Shown piece after piece: positions 20,279 through 30,483 of a DNA stretch of 64,000 nt (positions within the stretch are counted from its first letter, which is position 1; each line of letters begins with the position of its first letter). Source of the stretch: Candidatus Poribacteria bacterium (lineage in GTDB: Bacteria; Poribacteria; WGA-4E; PCPOR2b); NCBI GenBank assembly GCA_965208325.1, contig OZ242326.1, positions 544,001-608,000 on the forward strand. Direction: 5' to 3'. The notes below the pieces were generated by a model. It did not search any database. It saw nothing but the letters and a program-made list of their open reading frames with translations, and was not told the DNA's origin. A program made the translations under genes and the position numbers.

Positions 20279-21139
20279 TCAGATTAATAAATGCACCCGT
20301 GACCGATTCGCCGGTTGCAATTCCGCATTGATCAGCTTTCGGACGTGTTCTGAGGTATAACGCCTCGAAAAATGTGTCAAGATAATGTGTTCACTTTCAA
20401 TTGACTTCAACAATTTAGGAAGGGAGTCGAGATGAAAGTGCATTGTTTTCTTTGCATGTTCGCGATGTTCTGGCATCAGAAAGGTACACTCACAGATTAA
20501 AACTTGACACTGGTGGAGCAGGGGGTGGGAGGCTTGCGGAATGCTTTGCGTATCCCCTAAATAAGCGATTAGCGGTAATTCAATCTGATTCGAAACCTCT
20601 ACACCCGCTCTGCGCAATTGAGCAATCTCAATTCCCGGTAAACCGAGAAATTCAGGCTTCAACTTCTGCCGTGTTTCGCAAATCATGTATCCTACGGCTG
20701 GAACGCCGTGATCTGCAGGCAAGACATGTGCCACTAGGTTTCGGCGAAAAGGAATTATGTCGCCAACCTGCACCGCGGTAAGGTGGTAATCCCATTCCAT
20801 TCCACAATCTAACACAGCAATCTCATCCAAAATTCGCCTTAGCTGATCAACGCCCTCCGACGGAACGCAAATCATTCCGGGCGGAATTCCGGCAAGCCAC
20901 CGTTGGCTGACGTATATGGGCAAACCGAAATAGTGGTCTAGGTGAAAATGTGAAATAAATACATGACCGGTACCGATAAAATTCATCGGGCAGCGTCCCA
21001 AATCAAAGATTAAATCTAGCTCTCGTACTCGGAGATAGGTTGCGATAGCCGAACTTGATTCGCCTTCAATCGTTATTTTCCCGCAACGCAATAATGCCAT
21101 CCGATGAAAATTTTCCTTGAGTGTTTGTCTTCCATTCAA
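20279..21139 (-). CDS. Metallo-beta-lactamase fold hydrolase, RNase Z (ElaC)-like
   Basis: SHFHLDH, H.VP..GY, KLKPEF.GLPG.EI, YLGDT, ICECTF and THFSRRY motifs. Confidence 0.8.
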   Translation of the reverse strand: MNGRQTLKENFHRMALLRCGKITIEGESSSAIATYLRVRELDLIFDLGRCPMNFIGTGHVFISHFHLDHYFGLPIYVSQRWLAGIPPGMICVPSEGVDQLRRILDEIAVLDCGMEWDYHLTAVQVGDIIPFRRNLVAHVLPADHGVPAVGYMICETRQKLKPEFLGLPGIEIAQLRRAGVEVSNQIELPLIAYLGDTQSIPQASHPLLHQCQVLICECTFLMPEHREHAKKTMHFHLDSLPKLLKSIESEHIILTHFSRRYTSEHVRKLINAELQPANRSRVHLLI

Positions 21140-21161
21140 ACGGACAAATTTCTACTTAGCC

Positions 21162-22115
21162 TCATGCTAAAGCACCGCCGCACGACGATCCAGATCCGGC
21201 CGTGCATCCGAAACAGTGCGATCCGGTCATAATTCTCCGGTGGGCGAATAGTGAAGGTTTGAAGTCGCTAATATTTTGGGGGTAATCTTTCCCTACTGGA
21301 AGTTTAAGAGCTAAGTTAAAATCACAATCGTATAATCGCCCATCCCAACCGATACTAATCTGCCGCCGACACATTAGTCCGTCTATAGTAGCTAAGTTGA
21401 TGCTATCTCGTAGCAATTGATTGTAAGCTTCAATCTTATTTTCCCGTGTCAAATCGCTGCGAAAACGGCCTATGGGCATGTTGGCAATTGTCAGTAGGTT
21501 GGAAAATTCAACCCCATATTCTGATTTCAAATGCTGTTTGTAATCAGATTCGAGTTCAGATTGCTGCGGCGGAAGCGTCGGACCTACCGGGTTATAGACG
21601 AGATTCAAAGTAAGATGGGATTCCACCCCATATCCTAACCTATTTAGGAGTTTTAACGCTTGAATACTGTCCTCAAAAACACCAGTCCCGCGCTGCTGAT
21701 CGACGTTGTCTTCTAAGTAACAAGGTAAAGACGCGCAAAGTTGAACCTCTTGCTCTCGAAAAAAGTCCGGCACCGTTTCAAAACCTGGCTGAAGCAAAAT
21801 CGTGAGGTTCGTTCGCACCAACACGGGAAACCCTTTTCCCCGCAATTCCTTCACAAAGCGGCGAAAGTGCGGGTGCATCTCTGGCGCTCCGCCAGTGATA
21901 TCCACGAGTTTTGCGTGCGATTCCTCCGCAGCGGTTATCACGCATTTCATCGTCGCCCAATTCATCATCTCTTTCCGGCGTGGTGAAGACACTACGTGAC
22001 AGTGCGCGCATTCCAGGTTGCACTTGAGTCCGATATTCACCTGGATAGTCTCGACACACAAACTAGTCAATCCGTCTCCATTGTAACTTGAGATTGCCTT
22101 GTCAAACGTATTCAT
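21162..22115 (-). CDS. arsS: Radical SAM protein, ArsS/DUF3641 family
   Basis: CNLECAHCH, DITGGAPE, ASLPCY, QRG.GVF, LMCR, YDCDFN and HCFGCTAGSGSSCGG motifs. Confidence 0.85.
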   Translation of the reverse strand: MNTFDKAISSYNGDGLTSLCVETIQVNIGLKCNLECAHCHVVSSPRRKEMMNWATMKCVITAAEESHAKLVDITGGAPEMHPHFRRFVKELRGKGFPVLVRTNLTILLQPGFETVPDFFREQEVQLCASLPCYLEDNVDQQRGTGVFEDSIQALKLLNRLGYGVESHLTLNLVYNPVGPTLPPQQSELESDYKQHLKSEYGVEFSNLLTIANMPIGRFRSDLTRENKIEAYNQLLRDSINLATIDGLMCRRQISIGWDGRLYDCDFNLALKLPVGKDYPQNISDFKPSLFAHRRIMTGSHCFGCTAGSGSSCGGALA

Positions 22116-22366
22116 CGTTTTTTACCTTCTTGATGTGTTGAAAACCAATTGAAAATACGTTAGCGATTTGTTAGAATACGCTCCCTGTCGCGCCAAGCAT
22201 CAAAGAATTTTTTTCAAGCGAATAGTATTCCTGCTTGCAAAGAACATATCGCAAACTTAGGAAATTGATAGAATCACATGATTAACTAATGCCGTTTATG
22301 TTCCTTATGGTTAATACTATCGAATAATTCCAAACTGAATCAAGGCTTAATAAAATTGGAGGACTC

Positions 22367-23230
22367 ATGAGCGTTAAAATTGGAATAATTGGCGGTTCAG
22401 GATTTTATCAGATGGAAGGTTTAACAGACATTGAAAATATTGACGTGGATACACCTTTTGGACAACCCAGCGATTCGCTGACTGTGGGCGCGATTGAAGG
22501 AAAACGCGTCGTTTTTCTGCCCCGTCACGGTGTGGGACATCGACTTCTCCCGTCCGAGATTCCTGTGCGCGCTAACATCTACGCTTTAAAGAGTTTAGGA
22601 GTGGAGTGGATTATCTCTGTGAGCGCAGTAGGTAGCCTCAAGGCTGAAATTGAGCCACGCCACTTTGTTATTCCTGACCAACTGTATGATCACACAAAAA
22701 ATCGAGTTAACACCTTCTTTGGTGAAGGCATTTCCGCCCACGTCAGTCTTGCCCAACCATTTTGCCACATCTGCAGCCAATTCTTGTATCAAAGCACAAC
22801 TGAAATTGATGCGACTGTGCACATGGGCGGCACATATATCTGCATGGAAGGTCCATCCTTTTCGACACAGGCCGAATCGAATGTCTATCGACAACTTGGA
22901 TTCGACGTAATCGGTATGACGGCGGCACCGGAAGCGAAACTTGCCCGGGAAGCAGAAATTTGCTATGCACTTCTTGCTTGTTCAACTGACTACGACTGTT
23001 GGCATACAGAACACGATTTCGTCACCGCAGAAATGATTTTTGACAATCTAGCCGCGAATGTAGACGTGGCGAAGCGCGTTGTCAAGTCCTTAATTCCCAA
23101 GATTCCCGACAAACGTGAAGAGTGTATTTGCTCAAACGCTATTGAAAAATCAATTGCAACCAACCCATCAGTTATGCCGGAAGCCACCAAGCGGAAACTC
23201 CGCCTGCTGGTCGGCAAATATCTGAAGTGA
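22367..23230 (+). CDS. mtnP: S-methyl-5'-thioadenosine phosphorylase
   Basis: IGIIGGSG, TPFG.PSD, FLPRHG, EGPSFST.AES, IGMT..PEAKLAREAE and TDYDCW motifs. Confidence 0.93.
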   Translation: MSVKIGIIGGSGFYQMEGLTDIENIDVDTPFGQPSDSLTVGAIEGKRVVFLPRHGVGHRLLPSEIPVRANIYALKSLGVEWIISVSAVGSLKAEIEPRHFVIPDQLYDHTKNRVNTFFGEGISAHVSLAQPFCHICSQFLYQSTTEIDATVHMGGTYICMEGPSFSTQAESNVYRQLGFDVIGMTAAPEAKLAREAEICYALLACSTDYDCWHTEHDFVTAEMIFDNLAANVDVAKRVVKSLIPKIPDKREECICSNAIEKSIATNPSVMPEATKRKLRLLVGKYLK

Positions 23231-23258
23231 TGTGCTTTCAATTTGCAAGATTGAATGT

Positions 23259-23284
23259 TAGAGGGGTACAACTTGCGCCCTCTA
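23259..23284. terminator. Hairpin between convergent genes (possible bidirectional terminator)
   Basis: TAGAGGG...CCCTCTA inverted repeat between the mtnP and OmpA-family stop codons. Confidence 0.4.
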
Positions 23285-23287
23285 TTC

Positions 23288-24967
23288 CTACTCCCGTGTC
23301 AAAATAATCGTATCAATCCGACGGTTTTTATCTCTGCCAGCTTTATTTTCGTTGCTCTCAATTGGAAATTCTTCGCCTAAACCTATTGATGATATTCTTT
23401 CACTAGGCACCCCACCATCTTCGGACAAAAATTTTGCAAAGATTGTAGCTCGATCTTCCGTCAACTTGAGATTGATGTCGGTTTTTCCAACGTCATCGCT
23501 GTGTGCTTCTACTTGCACAGGGAAGTGGGCAAATGAATGGAGAATCTCAGCCAATTTAAGAAGCATTGGCAAATATTGTGGATTGATTTCCGTGCTTCCC
23601 GTCTCGAAGATATTCCCGTTAAAACGCACAAGCACTCCTTTTTCCATTTTTTTGGTGTCTGCTGCGGAAATTTCTTTTGTTGATTTAAGAATGTTTGTTT
23701 CAACGGCTTCAATCTGCTTGGCTTTTGCGATGGCATTGGTTAACGTCTCTAAGCTTTGATTGCCTAAGGTAATGGCGCGTACATAATTAGCGTTAGACAA
23801 AGCGGCTTTGGCTTGTGCAATCAGTTCAACCGCCTTTTTGTACGATTTGGAAGCAAGGTTTGGAGTTTCCGTTACCCTTGTTTGGTCAATGCTTTCCTCC
23901 GCCTTAAATATTGTGTCTTTGGCTTCGGCAATTTTTTCCTCCATTGCTTCTTTAGCAGATTGCGCGCGATCTATAGCTTCGGCGGCAGTATACGCTTCAT
24001 GTCCAACACTTTCCGCCTGTGCAGCCAACTGCAACGCCTCTTTATACTCTTCCGTTTTCAATGCGAGATTCGCTCGTTCAAGCGTTGTTTGCGCTCGATT
24101 AAAAAGCGTCTGAGCGTGTACAAACGCATTGACACTTTCTGCCTTGTCTATCTCAATTTGTGCACGAGCTATAGCGACTCTTGCGTCTGCGTAGTCTTCG
24201 AGCTTCATTAATCCTGCGGCCTGTGTTCCCACGCGCGCAGCAGTTCGAGAATCTTTTGCATGCTCCCCAGCTTTTACAGCCGCTGCTTTGGCTTCATCGA
24301 ACTTCTCTTGTACCAACAATGAAAGTGCTTGATTGATGAGGTTCTCAGCGGCTTGAAAACTATCACCATCAAAGTTTAGCGCTCCTTCAGCCCTAGCGGA
24401 ATCAAGCACAAGCTGCGCTTTTCCAATCGCCAATTGTGTTTGTGCGTTGAGTCGGGCGTTCTTCGCGTCGCGCCTCGCTGTGCCGGCTTCAGCTTGGGCG
24501 ATTGCCATGCGCTGTTCAGCATTTTCGGCTCTGAAAACGGCACGCCTCTCACGTCCTTCAGCCATTGTCCGCAGAGTTTGTGCCGTCTGAACTTTGTACT
24601 CCAATTCTTGAGCTAATGCCTTCAACATATCCTCGCGAATCTGACTTAATCGCTTTTGCGCAATTTTCTGGCGTGTTACCGCGCCAGCTACCCGTGCTTC
24701 TGTCTGAGCTTGAAATGCTAATTCTAAACTCTGTACACTGCTGCCTTCCTGCCGAGCCTGCTTCGAATCCTCAAATAATTTTACCGCATTAGCAAACATT
24801 TCGCGTGCATATTCTTCAGCTCCCAAATGTCGTGTGTCAGTAATGAAACTCTGCGCATCATTTAAACTCATGTCTAGCAGGGCCGGATCGATTTTTTCCG
24901 CACAGCCGATTCCTCCCCCCAAAATTGCGATAAAAATATGCAACCATAATATCCCTTTCGATTGCAT
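23288..24967 (-). CDS. OmpA-family lipoprotein with repeated DUF4398-like alanine-rich helical units
   Basis: Lipobox GGIGC, repeated Ala-rich helices and an OmpA C-terminal domain (F.TGS.EI, HSDDVG, NLKL...RA, GLGE..PI..N...GR..NRR). Confidence 0.85.
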   Translation of the reverse strand: MQSKGILWLHIFIAILGGGIGCAEKIDPALLDMSLNDAQSFITDTRHLGAEEYAREMFANAVKLFEDSKQARQEGSSVQSLELAFQAQTEARVAGAVTRQKIAQKRLSQIREDMLKALAQELEYKVQTAQTLRTMAEGRERRAVFRAENAEQRMAIAQAEAGTARRDAKNARLNAQTQLAIGKAQLVLDSARAEGALNFDGDSFQAAENLINQALSLLVQEKFDEAKAAAVKAGEHAKDSRTAARVGTQAAGLMKLEDYADARVAIARAQIEIDKAESVNAFVHAQTLFNRAQTTLERANLALKTEEYKEALQLAAQAESVGHEAYTAAEAIDRAQSAKEAMEEKIAEAKDTIFKAEESIDQTRVTETPNLASKSYKKAVELIAQAKAALSNANYVRAITLGNQSLETLTNAIAKAKQIEAVETNILKSTKEISAADTKKMEKGVLVRFNGNIFETGSTEINPQYLPMLLKLAEILHSFAHFPVQVEAHSDDVGKTDINLKLTEDRATIFAKFLSEDGGVPSERISSIGLGEEFPIESNENKAGRDKNRRIDTIILTRE

Positions 24968-25040
24968 ATATACTACGTCTCCAAATTCAGGATTCCATAG
25001 GTCAAGCGTGCGCGAAGTTCATCCAAACATCTTAGGTATT

Positions 25041-25466
25041 TCAATTTTCGGGGGTTGAATTAAAGCGGCCTAATTTCATGTTGGCTTGCTCAAACTCGTG
25101 CTTTGCCTTTTCCATAGCCCGCATTTTCGATGCCAATCTTTTTTCCATATTACGGGCTTCCTCTTCAATCTTTATTGCAATGGATATTGATTCCGCTAAT
25201 TTGCCCGCGAGATTTGCACGCCTTCCTAGCCTATATGCTTCTTCCGTTTTTCCGTTGTGCAATGCCGATTCTGCGTCAGCGAGCATCCGTGCGGCTTCTT
25301 CATACGATTCAGTAGCTAAGTTTTGCGCATCAGTTGCTTGTGCAGAGAGAATCTGCGCTTTTGCATCCTGAATAATGCTCTCCGCATAACGGCTTGGCAT
25401 ACCGCATCCAATACTCACCACAACGACAAACAAACTGAAACCTGCAATTACCAACCGCTGATTCAT
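25041..25466 (-). CDS. DUF4398-like lipoprotein
   Basis: Lipobox SIGC and A...I..A....A...A...Y..A...L..A pattern, upstream of the OmpA gene as is usual for DUF4398. Start at MNQRLV. Confidence 0.7.
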   Translation of the reverse strand: MNQRLVIAGFSLFVVVVSIGCGMPSRYAESIIQDAKAQILSAQATDAQNLATESYEEAARMLADAESALHNGKTEEAYRLGRRANLAGKLAESISIAIKIEEEARNMEKRLASKMRAMEKAKHEFEQANMKLGRFNSTPEN

Positions 25467-26042
25467 ATAATTTCCCGCCGTAAATATCACGTGCATTGTG
25501 TTTTTAGGAAGCATGCTCACTAAATGTAGTAGTTTTACGGCAATTCCGACTTAAGGATTATTTGATACTCAATCGTGACTTCTGAGTTTCGCTCTATCCT
25601 TCATTCTGTATTGCCGATTCAGGAATTTCCTGGAGTGCTCACTGAAAAACTCCTATAGCTGGATAAAATTATTCTTGAAGAAAATAGGTTCTTTCCAACC
25701 AACAATGACCGGTACCCAAGCTATTTCCACGGAAGGCAACTGGCATCAAGCCTGCGGGCAAGAATATGAGATGCGTGACAATCGATAATCTGATATACGT
25801 CATGATTATTGCAATCGGTATGGCTCTAGCCGACTGGGAAAATCGTTTCCACCGATATTTATTGCTTCCAGCGCGACATTAGTCATCTCAAGACATCAAA
25901 TCTAGTCTCTTGCCTAAACTGCGCGGTTGAATTAGATTGTCAGTGATGAGTATGGAATGCATTCGCGCAAAGTTGTATTATAGCACGCCGATCAAAAAGA
26001 GATCAAGCGGGAAAACTAAACAATCGCTATGGCTTATCCGGT

Positions 26043-27295
26043 CAGGGCAAACGCATCTAAATTTTGTGCTTGACATGAGAGGAATTTGGGATATGCTTGT
26101 GTAAAATCTTCCAGAGGCGCATTCCCCATGTCTAATCCCCCTATTTCCTCTATTGAAGCGCATTTTGAGTCATTGCCAGATCCTAGACGAGTTGATTGTC
26201 GCACACCCCATAAATTGCTTGATATTGTCGTAATTACTATCTGCGGGGTTATTTGCGGCGCCGATAATTGGGTGGCAATTGAAGCATTCGGAAACGCCAA
26301 GCATGAATGGCTAGCCAAGTTTTTGGAATTACCGAAAGGCGTCCCGTCGCACGATACATTCAGGCGTGTGTTTAGTGCGATGAACGCTGTCAAATTCGAG
26401 GCATGTTTTATCAACTGGATGCGGAGTGCCATTGAAATGACACAAGGTCAAGTGATTGCCGTTGACGGAAAACAGCTTCGTCGTTCCTATGATACTCATA
26501 ACAACAAATCAGCCATTCACTTGGTTAGCGCTTGGGCCTGCCATCAAGGGGTAGCGCTAGGACAACTTAAAGTTGCCGACAAGTCGAACGAGATTCCAGC
26601 CATACCCCAATTGCTTGAAGTATTGGACGTGTCAGGGTGCATTGTTACTATTGATGCGATGGGTTGTCAAACCGACATCGCTCAAACCATTGCGGATTCA
26701 GAAGCCGACTACGTTTTCGCGCTTAAAGCCAATCAAGGACAGTTGTATGAAGATGTTCAACTTCTGTTTGATGGCGTCTCAACCGGCGGCATAAGAGATA
26801 TAAAGGTCGACTCGACGCAAACAATTGACGGCAATCATGGACGTATTGAAACCCGTTCTGCTTATGCGATTGCAGACCCCGGTGTAATTTCCACGCTTAG
26901 AGCAAGTGAAAACTTTGTCAATCTCAACTCAATCGTCAAAGTTATTGCCGAGCGCGAAGTCAACCAAAAGATAACCACGGAGTCACGTTACTACATTTCT
27001 TCACTTCCCGGTGATGCACAACAGTTGCTTGAAGCCACCAGACATCACTGGCGGATTGAAAACTCATGTCATTGGGTGTTGGATGTTGCTTTCCGTGAGG
27101 ACGCCTCTCGGATTCGTAAAGATAACAGCGGAGAGAACTTCGCCATTATCCGACGCATCGCGCTCAATTTACTCAAGGCTGAAAAGTCAACCAAACTTGG
27201 CGTCGCAAACAAACGGCTCAAAGCCGCATGGGACAACAATTACTTGACTACTATTTTAGAAACTCTATTCTGAATAATCAGGTGCGTTTGCCCTG
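26043..27295 (+). mobile_element. Complete ISAs1-family insertion sequence (1253 bp)
   Basis: Terminal inverted repeats CAGGGCAAACGCATCTAA (26043-) and TCAGGTGCGTTTGCCCTG (-27295), 16/18 match. Flanked by the 10-bp direct repeat CTTATCCGGT at 26033-26042 and 27296-27305. Confidence 0.95.
26128..27273 (+). CDS. ISAs1-family DDE transposase
   Basis: DPR, PSHDTF.RVF, IAVDGK..R.S, KSNEIPAIP.LL, TIDAMGCQ, LK.NQ, HGRIETR and HWRIEN.CHWVLDV.FRED motifs. Confidence 0.96.
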   Translation: MSNPPISSIEAHFESLPDPRRVDCRTPHKLLDIVVITICGVICGADNWVAIEAFGNAKHEWLAKFLELPKGVPSHDTFRRVFSAMNAVKFEACFINWMRSAIEMTQGQVIAVDGKQLRRSYDTHNNKSAIHLVSAWACHQGVALGQLKVADKSNEIPAIPQLLEVLDVSGCIVTIDAMGCQTDIAQTIADSEADYVFALKANQGQLYEDVQLLFDGVSTGGIRDIKVDSTQTIDGNHGRIETRSAYAIADPGVISTLRASENFVNLNSIVKVIAEREVNQKITTESRYYISSLPGDAQQLLEATRHHWRIENSCHWVLDVAFREDASRIRKDNSGENFAIIRRIALNLLKAEKSTKLGVANKRLKAAWDNNYLTTILETLF

Positions 27296-27554
27296 CTTAT
27301 CCGGTTGCTTTTCGATTGACACTTGTTCTCTTTTTTGATAATCTGCCAAGACCAGAAATACAAATTTCAGAGCAAATTTAATATCTAGTATGCGAAACTG
27401 GACGGCAAATAAATGAGATACAACTCCATGACACTATCCTACAATCACGAAGTCCATTTCGAGGTCAATAACATGTGCCTTGTAAGGCGGGAATATCTTT
27501 CTCGTCCGGTCAATCAATGTGAATAAACCCTTTCAAAATCTTGGGAGTTTCATT

Positions 27555-28340
27555 ATGTCTGACTTCAAACTTACGCAGCAGCAACTGAATTTTATGGAAA
27601 CCTTTGGATATCTGTGCTTTCCCGGCCTGCTCAACGACCGAATTGATCAGATTATCGAAGCTTTTGAACAGGTTTGGGTGGACTTGAATGTAGAACACCC
27701 TGAAACACAGCGTACTTACATTGTACCGTTTATCGGACAAAGCGAATATCTCAGTTCGCTGCTTGACGACGATCGCATTGATGGAATTTTCAGCAGCCTT
27801 TTGGGGGAAGATTACGTTTACTTGGGCAGCGACGGCAATTTCTACAGCGGCGATTCTGGATGGCACTCGGATGGCGGTTGGCCGCGCCGCATTCGTCACT
27901 GCAAGATGGCGTTCTACCTCGACCCGTTGACCGCAAACACCGGCGCTTTGCGATTCATCCCTGGCAGCCACAGATATGGGGAAGCTTATGCCGAGACCAT
28001 ACAGCAAGGCGTTGCGACCTTGGGTGAGACCTATGGAATTGACGCTACCGATGTGCCGGCAGCGGTAATGGAGACACATCCCGGTGACGTTGTGGTGTTT
28101 AACCAAGGCTTGAAACACGGTTCATGGGGCGGTAGCACGCAACGCCGTATGTTTACGATTAACTGTAGTTATCGGTATAAAGAAGATCAGATGGATCTTC
28201 TCCAGAAGGAAGTAGGGATGACAATAGGTCATGAAGGCAAAATTTACGGAGAAAAAATGCTTGCGACAGCGGGGCCGCGAAGACTCGTACATCTTGAACA
28301 GCCTTTATCAATTGCTCCGGGTGGCGTGCCGTTGGGTTAG
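27555..28340 (+). CDS. Phytanoyl-CoA dioxygenase family (Fe(II)/2OG) protein
   Basis: GWHSDG (HxD), GALRFIPGSH, PGDVVVF, distal His in KHGS, and RR. ATG at 27555 with GGGAG RBS. Confidence 0.85.
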   Translation: MSDFKLTQQQLNFMETFGYLCFPGLLNDRIDQIIEAFEQVWVDLNVEHPETQRTYIVPFIGQSEYLSSLLDDDRIDGIFSSLLGEDYVYLGSDGNFYSGDSGWHSDGGWPRRIRHCKMAFYLDPLTANTGALRFIPGSHRYGEAYAETIQQGVATLGETYGIDATDVPAAVMETHPGDVVVFNQGLKHGSWGGSTQRRMFTINCSYRYKEDQMDLLQKEVGMTIGHEGKIYGEKMLATAGPRRLVHLEQPLSIAPGGVPLG

Positions 28341-28583
28341 AGCAGTTCAACCTTTCCACGGCCTTCAATGATTACATTTGGCAGTTACATCGATTGTGCA
28401 TCCTGCTAAACAAAATTGTGGCTGATAAATAAAAAATTTAAAATTTGGGCGTTACAGATTACAAATGTTTCCGCCAATATCATTGTCGCTTCGTTCAAAC
28501 CCGTCAAGAATTTTATTGAATGACTCTTGCTGTCAGTGTAAGTGAATTTGAATTCGATATGGTAAAGAGAAGGTTGGAATGAA

Positions 28584-29726
28584 TTGAAAAGCACATTCTT
28601 AAAAGACATGGCATTCCGCAAAGCACGCATTGCAATGACTGTAATCGCTATCACTGTTTTGATTGCACTAATTCTGATGTTGGGCGGAATTATGAACGGC
28701 ATGCGTATACAAGCGCAGCAGTACGTCAAATCTACGGGGGCGGACATTTGGATTTCCGCTGAAGGCTCAGGTGGCGCGTTCGTTGGCTTTTCAATGCTCA
28801 ACCCGGAGTATCTTGCGTTTCTAAATAATGCCAAAGATCTGAAACCCAAATCTGCATCACAACTCGTTTTTGCGCAAGCGCGGCCTGTAATCAAAGGTAA
28901 GACCGGCAAAGCCATTGTCGTGGGATATCAAAACGGAAAACTCGGCGGCCCCGTACGTTTAGTCGAAGGACGTTTGTTCACTCCGAGTCGATTCGAGGAT
29001 TACCGGCCGGAAGATATCCCGTCACCCGAGGTCGTCATTGATGAAAATATGGACCTCGAAATAGGCGAACGACTATCCATCGGCGGCAGCGAACTAAAAG
29101 TCGTCGGCAAAGCCAAAAGCCTGATGTTTGTACTTGACACTCCGCTGTTATTTATGGACATCCGCACCGCGCAAAATGTGATGTTAGACAACATACTGTA
29201 TGTCAATATGATCATTTCAAAAGCCGCGGATGGACGTCCGTCCGACGAAGTTGTGGAAGCCTTAAATCGATCGGATGCAGAATCGAAAATGATTGAAGTT
29301 TATACGCTTAAGCAGACTATTGGTGATATTCTCGAGACCTACGTAGATGAACCAATGAAGGCGGTTCAGTTCTTGCGCGCGATGCTGTGGTTAGCCACCG
29401 GAATTATCGTTGCCATGATAACTTACGTCACGACACTTGAAAAGACGCAGGAGTTTGGTACATTGAAAGCCATCGGCGCGTCAAATTCCTATGTGATATC
29501 CCTGATTCTAAAGCAAGTCGCTTTAACTTCGCTGATTGGGATAATTTTTGGGCTTCTCTTATCGTTTATCTTTGCCGCCGCGGCTCCAATCTTTGTTTCA
29601 ATCAACCTAGTCGAAGCGGTTATCGTGGCGATTATCAGCTTCATTGTCTGCTGTAGCGGCGGTTACCTCGCTGGGCGAAAAGCAATTACTGTCGATCCGA
29701 TGGTCGCATTCAGAGGAGAAATTTAA
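28584..29726 (+). CDS. ABC transporter permease (FtsX/MacB family)
   Basis: N-terminal TM, periplasmic domain (GADIW), EK..EFGTLKAIGAS and C-terminal VDPMVAFR. Confidence 0.88.
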   Translation: MKSTFLKDMAFRKARIAMTVIAITVLIALILMLGGIMNGMRIQAQQYVKSTGADIWISAEGSGGAFVGFSMLNPEYLAFLNNAKDLKPKSASQLVFAQARPVIKGKTGKAIVVGYQNGKLGGPVRLVEGRLFTPSRFEDYRPEDIPSPEVVIDENMDLEIGERLSIGGSELKVVGKAKSLMFVLDTPLLFMDIRTAQNVMLDNILYVNMIISKAADGRPSDEVVEALNRSDAESKMIEVYTLKQTIGDILETYVDEPMKAVQFLRAMLWLATGIIVAMITYVTTLEKTQEFGTLKAIGASNSYVISLILKQVALTSLIGIIFGLLLSFIFAAAAPIFVSINLVEAVIVAIISFIVCCSGGYLAGRKAITVDPMVAFRGEI

Positions 29727-30400
29727 TGGGCGCAATCGTACAGGGAAAGGGCTTAACCAAGCGGTTTGGCGAAGGCGATGCTACCGTAATGGCTGTTGAT
29801 AGCGTTGATGTTGCAATTGAGGCGGGCGAATTGGTCATGATTATGGGAGACAGCGGATGCGGAAAAACCACCCTGATTAGCTTGCTCGGTTGCATTCTCA
29901 CACCGAGCGAGGGCAATCTGTGCATCGATGGGAAACCAGTTGAATACGGTCACCAAAATCTTTCTGTCATTCGCCGGGAACAAATTGGCTTTGTATTTCA
30001 ACTGTTTAATCTGATCCCTTACCTGACGGCAATTGAAAACGTAATCGTTGCGATGAACATTGCCGGAATCAAAGGCTACAGTGCAGAGGCGCGGGCAAAG
30101 GAGTTGCTTACTCGGGTAGGGTTGGAACAGCGCTTATATCATCGTCCTGCGCAGCTCTCCGGGGGTGAAAAACAGCGTGTGTCCTTTGCGCGTGCGCTTG
30201 CAAATAACCCTAAAATTGTCTTCGCCGACGAACCCACTGCAAATCTTGATAGCCGTCAAAGTGCAAATTTAATGAATCTTATCCGCGAACTACGTCAAGA
30301 ACACCAAACAACGATTGCGATTGTGACTCATCATGAAGGGCTGAAGCAGGATGCAGACCGTGTCATCCAGATGAAGGATGGACGAGTCGTATCGAGTTAA
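29726..30400 (+). CDS. ABC transporter ATP-binding protein (LolD/MacB-like)
   Basis: GDSGCGKTT, GFVFQ.FNL, LSGGEKQRV, ADEPTANLD and VTH motifs. Confidence 0.93.
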   Translation: MGAIVQGKGLTKRFGEGDATVMAVDSVDVAIEAGELVMIMGDSGCGKTTLISLLGCILTPSEGNLCIDGKPVEYGHQNLSVIRREQIGFVFQLFNLIPYLTAIENVIVAMNIAGIKGYSAEARAKELLTRVGLEQRLYHRPAQLSGGEKQRVSFARALANNPKIVFADEPTANLDSRQSANLMNLIRELRQEHQTTIAIVTHHEGLKQDADRVIQMKDGRVVSS

Positions 30401-30483
30401 AAAATCGTGTGCCGAGTGAATTCGCTTACCGTGTAGGGATTCGGTTAGATTAGTCGGTACGAATGCAGGCATGAGCATGACCT

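Noticed and set aside
25521..26032. Gene remnant disrupted by the ISAs1 insertion
   Set aside because: I found no ORF or recognisable protein fragment on either side, so the insertion appears intergenic.
27510..28118. 202-aa minus-strand ORF (likewise 40704-41321 and 28406-28915)
   Set aside because: These overlap well-supported genes on the opposite strand and show no recognisable motifs.
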